Source: Macrostomum lignano (lineage: Eukaryota). From it: DNA of 64,000 bases. Shown piece by piece: positions 13,701-25,969 of the stretch. A program made the translations under genes and the position numbers. The notes under the pieces are model-generated. The model was given only the letters and a program-made list of their open reading frames with translations, did not search any database and was not told the DNA's origin. The stretch's first letter is position 1, and every line of letters begins with the position of its first letter. Where the stretch lies: positions 1-64,000 of the forward strand of contig NIVC01002559.1 of NCBI GenBank assembly GCA_002269645.1, in the 5' to 3' direction.

Positions 13701-16700
13701 GGAGACGATTTGGAAGATAGGGTTCAAGACATGGAATTTCAGTTGATGGATATTTCGGGGAATGGAATTCCGGTGATGGGAGTTCTTCCCCTTTCTCCTC
13801 CGAAGGAGGAGTTCCACTCTCTATACATACTAAAGTTGACGCGTTGTTTGTCTGTCTGTCTGTGTGTCTGTCTGTCATTTCGACAACTCCTCCTTGAATA
13901 GTGCCAACTCAGCGTTGAAACTTATATGGGAAGATTGGAAATTATCCGAGGTCGGCTATAGGCTATTTTAATTCTGAAATTTTAATTTCTAAGATCCTCA
14001 AAAAAGCAGAAAACTGCCTTTTTGACCCCCAATAACCTTCTTTTGCCACTCTGCCTGGGGCTGCAGCCAGTTTGTAAAAATAGCCACCCCAACCTCCGCC
14101 CGCGGGCCGCTGTGTATTGAGGGGTGGTGGGTGCGCGTGTTCTGGGTTCAATGCAAATAAAACCCCCGCGTGTCGGGGGGGTTGGGTTAAATTTAATGAT
14201 TCCCCCGGAACGGGGGGGGTTGGGCTTGGGCTGAGTGTACATAGCTGTTTTAAACAGATAGAACTGTGCCGAGATTCAATTGGTTTTATTATCGGCCCTG
14301 TGTATTAGCTGGGCAGTGAATTTCAATGAATAAACTTGCGAGCATCTCTAGCAAGAAGTCGGGAAATCGGTAAATTTCAAACGCTAACTGTTCCTCGAGT
14401 TTTAAACTTTGAGAGGAGAAACTTATATTGCTGGAAAGATCTTGCAACGCAGAGTTCGAGGATATAAGTTGTTTGCTTTAAATATGAAAAGAAAAAGCAC
14501 AGCATTTGAAAAAGTATTTCCATACTTTTAACTTTCTGCAAAAATTGTACTCAGTTTTGCGAGACGTAATAGATAAAGTTGGGGGAGGGTTTAACTTCTC
14601 ACTGCTGCTGTGTATTGGAGGGTTGATTTAGATTGCGCAATGTTTTTGTTAACTTTAACTGAGACTGATACTGACTGACTGTGAAATCGGTTGCGCCATC
14701 AATTTGTTTTATTATCTGTGCCTTTCAATAGGCTGCCCTGTGTAATAGCCGGCCGGTGTAATTAATGAATAAACTTGCGAGCCTCTTTGGCAGGCAGTGA
14801 ACGTACACTCGATATTTCAATGCTTTAAAACGGGAACTTTCAAATGCTTACTGCTCTTCGAGTTCTAAACTTTAAGAGAAGAGACTTATACTGCTGAAAA
14901 GATCTTGCAACGCTGAGTTCAAGGATATAAATTGTTTGCTTTAAATATAAAGACTAAAAGCACAGCATAAAAAACTATTTCCATACTTTTAGCTTTCTGC
15001 AAAGATTGTACTCATTTTTAGTTCAATGCCCCAACAGTTGGGGTTCAATTTCTAATTGCCACTGCGTATTGAAAAGGGGTCGGTCTCTGTGTACTGGAGG
15101 GTTGATTTAAATTGCGCAATCTTTTTGTTAACTTTAACTGAGACTGATACTGACTGACTGAGAAATCTGTTGCGCAATCAATTGATTCAATTGTTTCAAT
15201 TTTTTTTATTTGGACACGCAGCTGTGTGTAGCTCTAACCCTAACCCTAACCCTAACAATAACCCTAACCAGTGAATCATGATATTTTATTCTTTTTGACG
15301 GAGAAAATTTCGATTGAGTCCAGTTTTAAAGAGAGAATTTCGATGGTTATCAGTTTCACGGACAGGATTTCTGTTTCGCTGAGAGGATTTCGATGGTTTT
15401 CAGTTTTACAGAGAGGATTTCGATGGTTTTCAGTTGCACAGACTGCTTCGCGGAGAGGATCTTGATGGATTTGGCATCTTCAATCAGTCAGAGAAGAGAG
15501 TAAAGAGAAGAATGAAAAGAGAAGAGAGATGACATGATAGAAAACAGAGTAGAAATGAGTGGAGAGATTAGACATGACAGATAGGAGAGAAGAGGGGAGT
15601 AAGGCGGGAACGAAGGAGAGAGAAGAGAAGAGGAGAGAGGAGATGAGAGGGGAGATATGAGATAGCAAAGGGATACAAGAGAGGGGAGAGTAGAGGAGAA
15701 AGAAAGAGTGAGATGAGGGGATGAGGGATGAGAGAGGAGGGAAGACAGGAGAGAGAAGAGAGGAGAAAAGAGGGGAGAAAGGAGACAGGAGAGAGTAGAG
15801 ACGAAAAACCAGGGAGAAGAAATAAATAAGGTAGTAGAGATGAGAGGAGAGGGAGGAGAGAGAAGCGAAAGGAGAAAAGAGAGAGGAGAGAGGAGAGAGA
15901 TGAAAGATCAGAGATGAGAGAGTTAAGAGAGGAAAGTAGTGAGGAGAGGAGAGATGAGAGATACGATGAGAAGATATGCGTGAGAACATAAGAGAGAAGA
16001 GATTAGAGATTAGAGAAGAGAGGGGAGAAGATGAAAGGAGAAAGGAGAGGAGAAAAGAGAGAAGAGAAGAGACAGGGGATAGTGGAAAGGAGGAAAGAAA
16101 GATGGGAGACAAGAAAGTAGAGTGTGAGAGCGTATATGAGATATGAGAAATGAGAGCAGAGAGAAGAGAGAGGGTAAAGAGAGACGATAGATAAGTGAGT
16201 AGAGATGACATATGAGAGAGGAGAGAAGAGAGAGAGATAAGAGAGAAGAGAGGAGACACGAGACAAGAGAGGGTACAGACGAAAGACGAGGGAGAAGAGA
16301 TACATAAGGGAGTAGAGATGAGAGGAGAGAAAGGAGAGACTAGATATAAGATAGCAAAGAAGAGAGAGCAGAGATGAGAGACTAGAGATGAAAAGCAGAT
16401 TAGAGAGAAAAGATAAGAGACTACACTGTAGAGATAAGAGGGCAAAGAGGAGAGCAAAAAGGCTTTACAGAGGTTTTGGAGATGATTTGGAAGATGGGAT
16501 TCAAGTCATGGAGTTTCAGCTGATGGATTTCAGGGAATGGAATTCCGATGATGGGAGTTCTTCCCCTTTCTCCTCCGGAGGAGGAGTTCCACTCGTATAT
16601 ACTAAAGTTGACGCGTTGTTTGTCTGTCTGTCTGTGTGTCTGTCTGTCATTTCGACAACTCCTCCTTGAATAGTGGCAACTCAGCGTTGAAACTTATATG

Positions 16701-19700
16701 GGAAGATTGGAAATTATCCGAGGTCGGCTATAGGCTATTTTAATTCTGAAATTTTAATTTCTAAGATCCTCAAAAAAGCAGAAAACGGCGGTCTTGACCT
16801 TTGATAATCTTAATTGTCCCCTCTTTCTGCTTGGAGCTGAAAATTTGCATGAATTTCAAGTGATTGCGCCACAACTTTTCCCTATCTCTGCAGTGTATTT
16901 TCTCTCCAGTGGGGGGATGGGGCGTTCTAAATAGCTGCCTGTGTACAATCGGACCCTGGCTCACTGGCTGACTGTATAGACAATTGCGCAAAGATTTGTG
17001 TTCTAATTTTCAATAGGCAGCCCTGTGATTTTGTTGAACCTTGAAATTCAATGCATAAACTTGCGGGCCTCTTTAGCAGGCAGTGAACGTACAATCGATA
17101 TTTCAATGCTTTAAATCAGAAAGTTTCAAACGCAAACTGTTCCTCGAGTTTTAAACTTTGAGAGGAGAGACTTATATTGCTGGAAAGATCTTGCAACGCT
17201 GAGTTCGGGGATGTAAGTTGTTTGCTTTAAATATGAAAAGAAAAAGCACAGCATTTAAAAAACTATTTCCATACTTTTAACTTTCTGCAAAAATCGTACT
17301 CAGTTTTGCGAGACGTAATAGATAAAGTTGGGGGAGGGTTCAACTTCTCACTGCTGCTGTGTATTGGAGTGTTGATTTAGATTGCGCAATGTTTTTGTTA
17401 ACTTTAACTGCGACTGATACTGACTGACTGTGAAATCGGTTGCGCAATGAATTGATTCAATTAGTTCAATATTTTTATCAGTGCCTTTTAACACGAAGCT
17501 GTGCGTTCTAACCCTAACCCTAACCCTAACCAATGAATCCGGAGAGTTGAGTTGTTTGACGGCAAAAAATTCGATTGAGTCCAGTTTAGTGGAGACGATT
17601 TCAATGTTTTAATTTTGACGGAGAGGATTTCTGTTTCGTGGAGAGGATTTCGATGGTGTTCAGTTTCACGGAGAGGATTTCGATGATGTTCAGCTTCACG
17701 GAGAGGATTTCTGTTTCGCGGAGATAATTTATGATTGATTTCTGTTTTATGGAGACTATTTTGATGGATTTAAGTTTCAAGGAGAGGATTTCGAAGGAGT
17801 CCAGTTTCACGGAGAGGATTTCGATGGTTTTCAGTTGCACGGACAGGATTTCTGCTTCGCGGAGAGGATCTTGATGGATTTGGCATCTTCAATCAGTCAG
17901 AGAAGAGAGTAAAGAGAAGAATGAAAAGAGAAGAGAGATGAGATGATAGTAAACAGAGTAGAAATGAGTGGAGAGATTAGACATGACAGATGGGAGAGAA
18001 GAGGGTAGTAAGGCGGGAACGAAGGAAGAAAGAAGAGAAGAGGAGAGAGGAGATGAAGGGAGAGGATATGAGAGAGGAGATATGAGATAGCAGAGAGGAG
18101 ACAGGACAGAGAAGAAAAGAGGGATAAGAGCGCACAGAGGCAATAGAAGAGAGGAAAGAGAGGAGAGAGGTGAGAGGTGAGAGGAGAGAGATGAAAGATC
18201 AGAGATCAGAGATTTAAGAGAAGAAAGTAGTGAGGAGAAAGAAGAGGGTAAAGATGAGAGTGCAGAGAGGAGAGAAACGAGAGGAGACAGGTGGTAGAAA
18301 GGAGTGTAAAAAACAGGAGATAAGAAAGGAGAGGGTGAGAGTGAGAGCATATAGGAAAGTGTAAAAGGGGAGCAGAGGAGAGAGAATAGATAAGTGAGTA
18401 GAGAAGAGATATGAGAGAGGAGAGATTAGAGATTAGAGAAGAGATGAGGGGAGATAAGAGGAGAGAAGAGAGAATGGAGAGGAGAGAAAAGAGAGGCGAG
18501 GAGACAGGTGATGCAGTAGAAAGGAGGGAAGAAAGATGGGAGATAAGAAAGGAGAGGGTGAGAGCGTATAAGAGATACGAGAAATGAGAGCAGAGAGAAG
18601 AGAGAAAAGGGAAGAGAGAAAGTAGAGCGGAGACGATAGATAAGTGAGTAGAGATGAGATATGAGAGAGGAGAGAAAAGGGGAGAGATAAGAGAGAAGAT
18701 AGGAGAGTAGACAGGAGAGGATACAGACGAAAGACGAGGGAGAAGAGATAAATAAGGGAGTAGAGATGAGAAAAGAGAGAGAAGAGATAAGCGAGAAGAG
18801 TAGGAATAGAGGAGAGAGAGAAGCGAGAGAAGGGAGAGAGGAGGGAGAGGAGGAGATGAAAGATCAGAGATGAGAGAGATGAAAGTGTAAAGAGGAGTAA
18901 TTAGTGAGGAGAAAGAAGAGAGTAAAAATAAAAATCAGAGCGCAGGGCGCAAGAGATGAGAGATGGGAGTTGATAGATTGTAGAGGATTTGGAAATGATT
19001 TGGAAGATGGGATTCAATTCATGGAATTTCAGCTGATAGGAGTTCTTCCCCTTCAGAATTCCGGTGATGGGAGTTCTTCCCCTTTCTCCTCCGAAGGAGG
19101 AGTTCCACTCGTTAATACTAAAAGTGGTGCGATGTTTGTTTGTGTGTTGCAATTTTTCTCCTAGACTACTGGCAAGTCAGCGTTGAAACTTATATGGGAA
19201 AACTGCAAATTTTCCGGATTGGGTTTATAGCTATTTTAATATTTCATTTTTACATTTTAAGATCCCTAAAAAAGCAGAAAACTGTTTTTTTAACCCTCAA
19301 TAACCTTCTTTGGCCACTCTGACTGGGGCTGCAGCCAGTTTGTAAAAATAGCCACCCCAACCTCCGCCCGCGGGCCGCTGTGTATTGAGGGGTGGTGGGT
19401 GCGCGTGTTACGCGTTCAATGCAAATAACCCCCCGCGTGTTGGGGTTCAATTAAATTTAACGATTCCCCCGGAATGGGAGGGGGTTGGGCTTGGGCTGAG
19501 TGTACATAGCAGTTGTACAGTGTAAGGAGATAGCTAGGACTGTGTCGAGATTTAATTGGTTTTATTATCGGCGGCATTCAATAGGCAGCCATGTGTATTT
19601 GCTGGGCAGTAAAATTTAATGAATAAACTTGCGAGCCTCTTTAGCAGGCTGTGAACGTACACTCGATACTTTAATGCTTTAAATCAGGAAATTTCAAGCG

Positions 19701-20640
19701 CTAACTGTTCCTCGAGTTTTAAACTTTCAGAGGAGAAACTTATATTGCTGGCAAGATCTTGCAATACTGAGTTCGGGGATATAAGTTGTTTGCTTTAAAT
19801 GTGAAAACAAAAAGCACAGCATTTAAAAAAACGATTTCCATACTTTTAACTTTCGGCAGTGTACTCATTTTGGAGTTCAATGGGGGTTCGACCAACCCCC
19901 CAACAGTTGGTGGGAGGGGGGGGGGTTCAACTTTTAATTGCCACTGCGTATTGGAAGGGGGTCAGTCGCTGTGTATTGGAGGGTTGATTTAGTTTGCGCA
20001 ATCTTTTTGTTAACTTTTTACCGAGACTGATACTGACTGACTGTGAAATCGGTTGCGCATTTAATTAATTCAATTGGTTCAACACGCTGCTGCGTTGTAG
20101 CTCTAACCCTAACCCTAACCCTAACCACTAAATCCTGAGAGTTGATTCTTTTTTACGGAGAAAATTTCGATTCAGTCCAGTTTAATAGAGAGAATTTCTG
20201 TTTCGCGGAGACGATTTTGATGGATGTCAGTTTCACGGAGAGGATTTCCATGGAGTCCAGTTTCACGGAGAGGATTTCTGTTTCTCGGAGGGGATTTTGA
20301 TGAATGTCAGTTTCACGGAGAGGATTTCCATGGAGTCCAGTTTCACGGAGAGGATTTCTGTTTCTCGGAGGGGATTTTGATGAATGTCAGTTTCACGGAG
20401 AGGATTTCCATGGAGTCCAGTTTCACGGAGAGGATTTCTATTTCTCGGAGGGGATTTTGATGAATGTCAGTTTCACGGAGAGGTGTTTGATGGAGTTCTC
20501 TTTTACGGAGAAGATTTCGATGATGTTCAGTTTCGCGGAGAGGAGTTGGATGATGGGATTCAGGGAATGGCATTTCAGGGAATGGAGTTCCGGTGATGGG
20601 AATTCTTCCCCTTTCTCCTCCAGAGGAGGAGTTGGCCTCG

Positions 20641-21050
20641 TATATACTAAAAATGAGTTGTCTGTCGGTATGCGATAGATTTCAGAAAAAATGGCTCAAC
20701 CGATTTTCTTCAAACTTGCAGCATTTGATCAGAAATTTTCCTGGCACGGTACATGCATTTTGGCTAAAAAATTGCTCAATTTTAAAGGGATTAAATATTC
20801 GAAAAACATGCTTTTTTGCAAAGGTCAAGCAAAATTTTCGACTTAAAATCCATTGTAAGAATGCTAGAGAAAAAACTGACTGGCTGAATTCTGATTCTGA
20901 TAAAGATTGCATCACAACAAGGTGAAAACAGTGTCAAAGAAATGCACACACGACTTGATTTAAATTGCGTAACCATATTGCTAACTTAAATTGGGACTGA
21001 TACTGGCTGACTGAGAAATTGATTATGTCATAACTTTTTACTCCACTTGA
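20641..21050 (+). mobile_element. 5' part of a different Helitron-like family joined to the end of the array (3' end not located)
   Basis: After the last hairpin and CTCG the sequence reads TATATACTAAAAATGAGTTGTCTGTC..CAACCGATTTTCTTCAAACTTGCAG. This resembles the head and core of invertebrate non-autonomous Helitrons but diverges from units 1-9. Confidence 0.45.
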
Positions 21051-21106
21051 CTTGCTGTAAGAATTGAATTATAAGGGCCACAATTCATATTCTCTAAATA
21101 AAAAGA

Positions 21107-21165
21107 GATAGCCTAGATGCGAGCAGACTGGACTGCTAATGTAGTGACCTGGGTTCGAATCTAAT
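21107..21165 (+). pseudogene. Degenerate tRNA-derived sequence (SINE head or tRNA pseudogene; anticodon loop CTGCTAA)
   Basis: A-box-like TAGCCTAGATG, then GGACTGCTAAT and B-box GGTTCGAATC. The acceptor and T stems do not pair. Confidence 0.35.
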
Positions 21166-21184
21166 TAGAGCAAAATAATTTTTT

Positions 21185-22770
21185 TGTTCAAACACCTTCA
21201 AAACACAAAATGCTAAACATAAAAGGGCCACCATGCCAAGCATATACGTGACTCCATGTCGAACATTAAAGAGCGACCATGTCAAACATTAAAGAGCCAC
21301 CATGTCGAACATTAAAGAGCCACCATGTCAAAAATTAAAGAGCCACCATGTCACCTTCAAAAACACCTTCAAAACACAAATGCTAAACATAAAGGGCCAC
21401 CACGCCAAGCATATACGTGACTCCATGTCGAACATTAAAGAGCCACCATGTCAAACATTAAAGAGCCACCATGTCGAACACTAAAGAGCCACAATGTCAA
21501 AAATTAAAGAGCCACCATGTCAAACATCAAAGAGCCACCATGTTAAACATTAGAGCCACCATGTCGAACATTAAAGAGCCACCATGTCAAACATTAAAGA
21601 GCCACCATGTCGAACATTAAAGAGCCACAATGTCAAAAATTAAAGAGCCACCATGTCAAACATAATAGAGCCACCATGTCAAACATTAAAGAGCCACCAT
21701 GTCGAGCATATACGTGACTCCATGTCGAACATTAAAGAGCTACCATTTCAAACATAAAAGAACCATCATGTCAAACAGAAAGGAGCCACCATGTCAAACA
21801 TTAAAGAGCCACCATTTCAAACATAGAAGAGCCACCATGTCAAACATAAAAGAGCCACTATGTAAAACATATATGTGACTCTATATCAAACATATACGTG
21901 ACTTCATGCCGAACATTAAAGAGCCACCATGTCAAACATATATGTGACTCCATGTCGAACATTAAAGAGCCACCATTAACAACATTAAAGAGCCACCATG
22001 TCAAACATATAAGAGACTTTATTTCAAACATAAAAGAGCCACCATGTTAAACATTAAGGAGCCACTGTAAAACATAAAAACGAACATTTCGAACATTAAA
22101 GAGCCACCATGTCGAACATTAAAGAGCTACCATGTCAAACATTAAAGTGCCATCGTGTCGAACATTAAAGAGCCACTATGTTGAACATTAAAGAGCCACC
22201 ATGTCAAACATTAAAGAGCCATCATTTTGAACATTAAAGAGCCACCATGTCGAACATTAAAGGGCCACCATGTCAAACATTAAAGAGCCACCATGTCAAA
22301 CATAAAAGAGCCACCATCTCAAACATAAAAGAGCCACCATGCCAAACATAAAATAGCAACCATGTCAAACATTAAAGAGCTATCATGTCAAACACAAAAT
22401 AGCCACCATGTCAAACATAGAAGAGACACTGTGTCAAACGTATACGTGACTCCATGTCAAACATAACAGAGCCGCCATGTCAAACATTAAAGAGCCACCA
22501 TGTAAAATATAAAAGAGCCACCTTGTCAAACATTAAAGAGCCATCATGTCAAACATAAAAGAGCCATCATGTCAAACATATACGTGACTTAATGTCAAAC
22601 ATTAAAGAGCTACCATGTCAAACATAGAAGAGCCACCATGTCAAACATTAAAGAGCTATCATGTCAAACACAAAAGAGCTACCATGTCAAACATAGAAGA
22701 GCTACCATGTCAAACATTAAAGAGCCCCCTTTTTAAACAAAAAAGAGACCCCATTTCAAACATAAAAGAA
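21185..22770 (+). repeat. Minisatellite, ~23 bp unit ATGTCAAACATTAAAGAGCCACC
   Basis: Dozens of diverged tandem copies with an interspersed CATATACGTGACTCC variant. Confidence 0.9.
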
Positions 22771-22949
22771 GTGTCATGCCAAACAAAATGGAACCATTAT
22801 AAAGCTAAGAACTAGCTACTTGTTCTCTGGTGGATGCTTGCTATTTAAGGATGGATACTTGCTTACAGGGGTATGCTTGCTCTTGTGGGTGGAGGGTACT
22901 TGCTATCTGAGAGGGGGTTGCTAGAGATCTATAAGGTATCTTTGTATCC

Positions 22950-23450
22950 AGGTTATGCTTGCTATCAGGGGTTGCTTGCTGTCTGGGGGATGCTTGCGAT
23001 CTGGGGGATGCTTGCCATCTGCGGGATGCTTGCTATCTGGGGGATGCTTACTATCTGGGGTCTGGGGGAATGCTTGCTATCTGCGGGATGCTTGCTATCT
23101 GGCGTTGCTTGCTATCGGGGGGATGCTTGCTATCTGCGGGATGCTTGCTGTCTGGGGGATGCTTACTATCTGGGGTCTGGGGGAATGCTTGCTATCTGGG
23201 GATGCTTGCTATCTGGGGTTGCTTGCCATCGGGGGGATGCTTGCTATCTGGGGGATGCTTGCTATCTGCGGGATGCTTGCTGTCTGGGGGATGCTTACTA
23301 TCTGGGGTCTGGGGGAATGCTTGCTATCTGGGGATGCTTGCTATCTGGGGTTGCTTGCTACCTGGGGGATGCTTGCAGTCTGGGGGATGCTTGCTATTTG
23401 GGGATCGATGCTTGAATGCTGTCTGAGGATGCTTGCTGTCTTGGGATGTT
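22950..23450 (+). repeat. Minisatellite, ~18 bp unit ATGCTTGCTATCTGGGGG
   Basis: Tandem copies are directly visible. Confidence 0.9.
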
Positions 23451-23799
23451 TTGTTTTTAGAGGGAATGTCTGTTGTTGTTTTTTGAAGGCTTTATTTCGC
23501 TGTCTATTTGTTATTTGTAAAGAACAAGGATTCTATCCAGATGTCCCCCAACGGGGGGCGAAGATTGCTAGTCTGATACTAACAATATGCGACAGGCCTC
23601 TGACAGAAAACTTGACATATTGATCACTGTATCGGAGCCGCTAGAGGCAAACAGATTACTGGAGGGAATGCCAGAACAAGACTTCTATAAGCAGAAGAAA
23701 ATGTGTCAGATCGATTAGAATGGCAGATGGACCGTCACGTGCGAAAATTTGATGCAATGTTGCCTTTTTTCCTAGTGAAAACAGCCTTCTTCATGGCTA

Positions 23800-24525
23800 C
23801 CTACCCTACCTACCTACCTACGAGCTAACTCGTACTTACCTACTTACATACCTAGTTGCCTGCCTACCTACCTACCTACCTATTTACCCACCCACCCACC
23901 CACCTACCTACCTACCTACCCGCCTAACTACCTGCCTACCTAACTACTTACCTACTTACATACCTAGTTGCCTACCTACCTACCTACCTATTTACCCACC
24001 CACCCACCCACCTACCTACCTACCTGCCAACCTACCTACCTACCTACCTATTTACCCACCCACCCACCCACCTACCTACCTACCCACCTACCTACCCACC
24101 TACCTACCTACCCATCTACCTACCCACCTACCTACCCACCTACCTACATACCCATCTACCTACCTACCTACCTACCTACCTACCTACCCACCTACCTACC
24201 TACCCACCTACCTACCCACCTACCTACCTACCCATCTACCTACCCACCTACCTACCCACCTACCTACATACCCATCTACCTACCTACCTACCTACCTACC
24301 TACCTACCCACCTACCTACCTACCTACCTACCCATCTACCTACCTACCTACCCACCTACCTACCTACCTATCTACCTACCTACCTACCTATCCACCTACC
24401 TACCCATCTACCTATCTACCTATCTACCTACGTACCTATCTACCTACCTACCTACCTACCCATCTACCTACCTACCTATCAACCTACCTACCTATCTACC
24501 TACCTACCTACCTACCTACCTATCC
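23800..24525 (+). repeat. (CCTA/CCCA)n microsatellite
   Basis: Long imperfect tetranucleotide array. The PTYL ORF is an artefact of it. Confidence 0.95.
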
Positions 24526-25419
24526 ACCAAGTCTTTCCAACACAGCACACAGATGCCCAGCCAAGGCGAAGAAAGCTATTACTGAAATTGGATTGGAACA
24601 GCCCGCATATTTTTTCGCCAATTAGTGCGTCCATCTTAACTGCTAATCCAAATTTCAGCACCTGATACACAAAAGAGAAAACGGGGGCGGGGAATAACAG
24701 GTGGCTCAGGAATTCAAAGGCCGCTGGCACCGGGCACATCCGAAATTTATGCCAGATTTACACCACGATTAAATTTCAAAGGCATCTTTGATTTGAGAGA
24801 TGGATCGTTTGTGGAGCATTTGCAGAAATCTCGCTAGCAACAGGTAAATGGCTGTCTAATTAAAGATATCAAAGCGAAGCACACGGTTTCGCAGTCTCTT
24901 TGATCTGCCCCAACCTTGTCCAGAAGAGGATTTGACTCTCCACGAACACTGCTCCAGCTGCTGATAGCTGTTTACATGAGAGCTCAAACCAGGAAATACT
25001 CAGAAATGCAACCTTATTCTGACGAGTAAGTCAACAAGAAATATATACGAGTGTATAATGTTTTTAGCAGCAAAACTTGCAAGCTAATAAAGTCTCGCCA
25101 AAATCTATTATTAAAATATTTATGGCACTCTCTTACCGACTTTCCACACTATTTATAGCAATAATTGACTTCGAAAAATTAACTAATGGAATCTGATTGG
25201 CTGAAGGACATTAGGGGTAGGAGCTTTTTCTCTTAGTCAACAGCTTTTTGAACCAATCAGCGACGGCCTCGGGGTTCAAGGCAGTCGACCACCCCTTATA
25301 CGCTGTCCCAGCCAATCAGATTGCGACTAGGAAGACTCCGGACGGTGGGTCGGCTTCAGAAGCACCAAAGCTCAAAGTATTTATAGAGTTGGAGCTTGTG
25401 AAATACTTATACGTTTTAC

Positions 25420-25589
25420 CTGTAAAATCCGTCGACCCATTTTCCGTAGAGAGCCCGGAGTCGAGTCTTGCTCGAGTCCAAAATGTACCCGTCGACCCGG
25501 TGATGCTCGGGATTGCGCCAGGAGGCCAGGTGCCAGTTCAGCTCGGCTCGGCAGCCGTTGCTGTGGCTCAGGATGACGCTGTTGCCGAA
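25420..25589 (-). CDS. Oxysterol-binding protein-related (ORP1/2-like) gene, last exon found (exon 6)
   Basis: CAG|TTC..TAC AG|GTAAAA. Encodes FGNSVILSHSNGCRAELNWHLASWRNPEHHRVDGYILDSSKTRLRALYGKWVDGFY, matching the ORD segment YGNVEI..HKVEGYI.D..K..L.ALYGKW. Confidence 0.85.
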
Positions 25590-25704
25590 CTGGGAATGGC
25601 GGGGTCCGAGATGGGGGAGCTGCTGAGATCAGGATTACCACAGCGCGTCGCTTAACTTAACTTCCCCATATAATAATATTAATTATTACATAGCGGCTTC
25701 TCAC

Positions 25705-25969
25705 GCTTTCAATCCACATCTTGCCAACTATGACGTTGTGTATTTTGCAGGACACGTTACGCCAGGTGAAGACCTCTTGAAGTCGCGGAAATTCCAAGGT
25801 CAGGTCGCCGCGGGGCTCAATTTCAATTGACTTGCCCCAGAATGTCAGCTTGGGATTCACGCTGCCGTGGAAAATCCACGAGCCATCGGTGGCCTCCGCG
25901 TGGAAGGCGCTGATTGGCGGATGGTGGCAAACTTGCTCGCAAACCATGCGGAATCCCCGGTCCTTGCTT
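25705..25969 (-). CDS. ORP1/2-like gene exon 5 (OSBP signature)
   Basis: Polypyrimidine..TAG|A..AGC|GTGAGA. Encodes SKDRGFRMVCEQVCHHPPISAFHAE..FWGKSIEIEPRG..VSCKIHNVIVGKMWIES (EQVSHHPP family motif). Confidence 0.92.

Larger units (their letters stand above)
1..20640 (+). mobile_element. Head-to-tail tandem array of nine non-autonomous Helitron-like units (unit heads near 1, 2177, 4964, 7187, 9966, 11558, 13835, 16607, 19123)
   Basis: The same head (TATATACTAAAGTTGACG..GTCTGTCTGT..CAACTCCTCCTTGAATAG) recurs every 1.5-2.8 kb. Each junction is preceded by the hairpin CTCCTCC-NNN-GGAGGAG and TTCCACTC(G). No Rep/helicase ORF is present. The repetition is directly visible; the Helitron class is inferred from the termini. 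Confidence 0.7.

Noticed and set aside
1545-18350. Many long S/L/F-rich minus-strand and R/E-rich plus-strand ORFs (up to 332 aa)
   Set aside because: They are translations of GA/TC low-complexity tracts that rarely contain stops; no domain signal.
25194-25320. Cluster of three CCAATCA boxes as a promoter
   Set aside because: No associated transcription start or gene could be identified; short motifs alone are insufficient.
24590-25380. Candidate next ORP exons (acceptor at ~24662; LNPEAVADWFKK frame at ~25280)
   Set aside because: No acceptor gives the required phase without an immediate stop, and there are no conserved ORD motifs.
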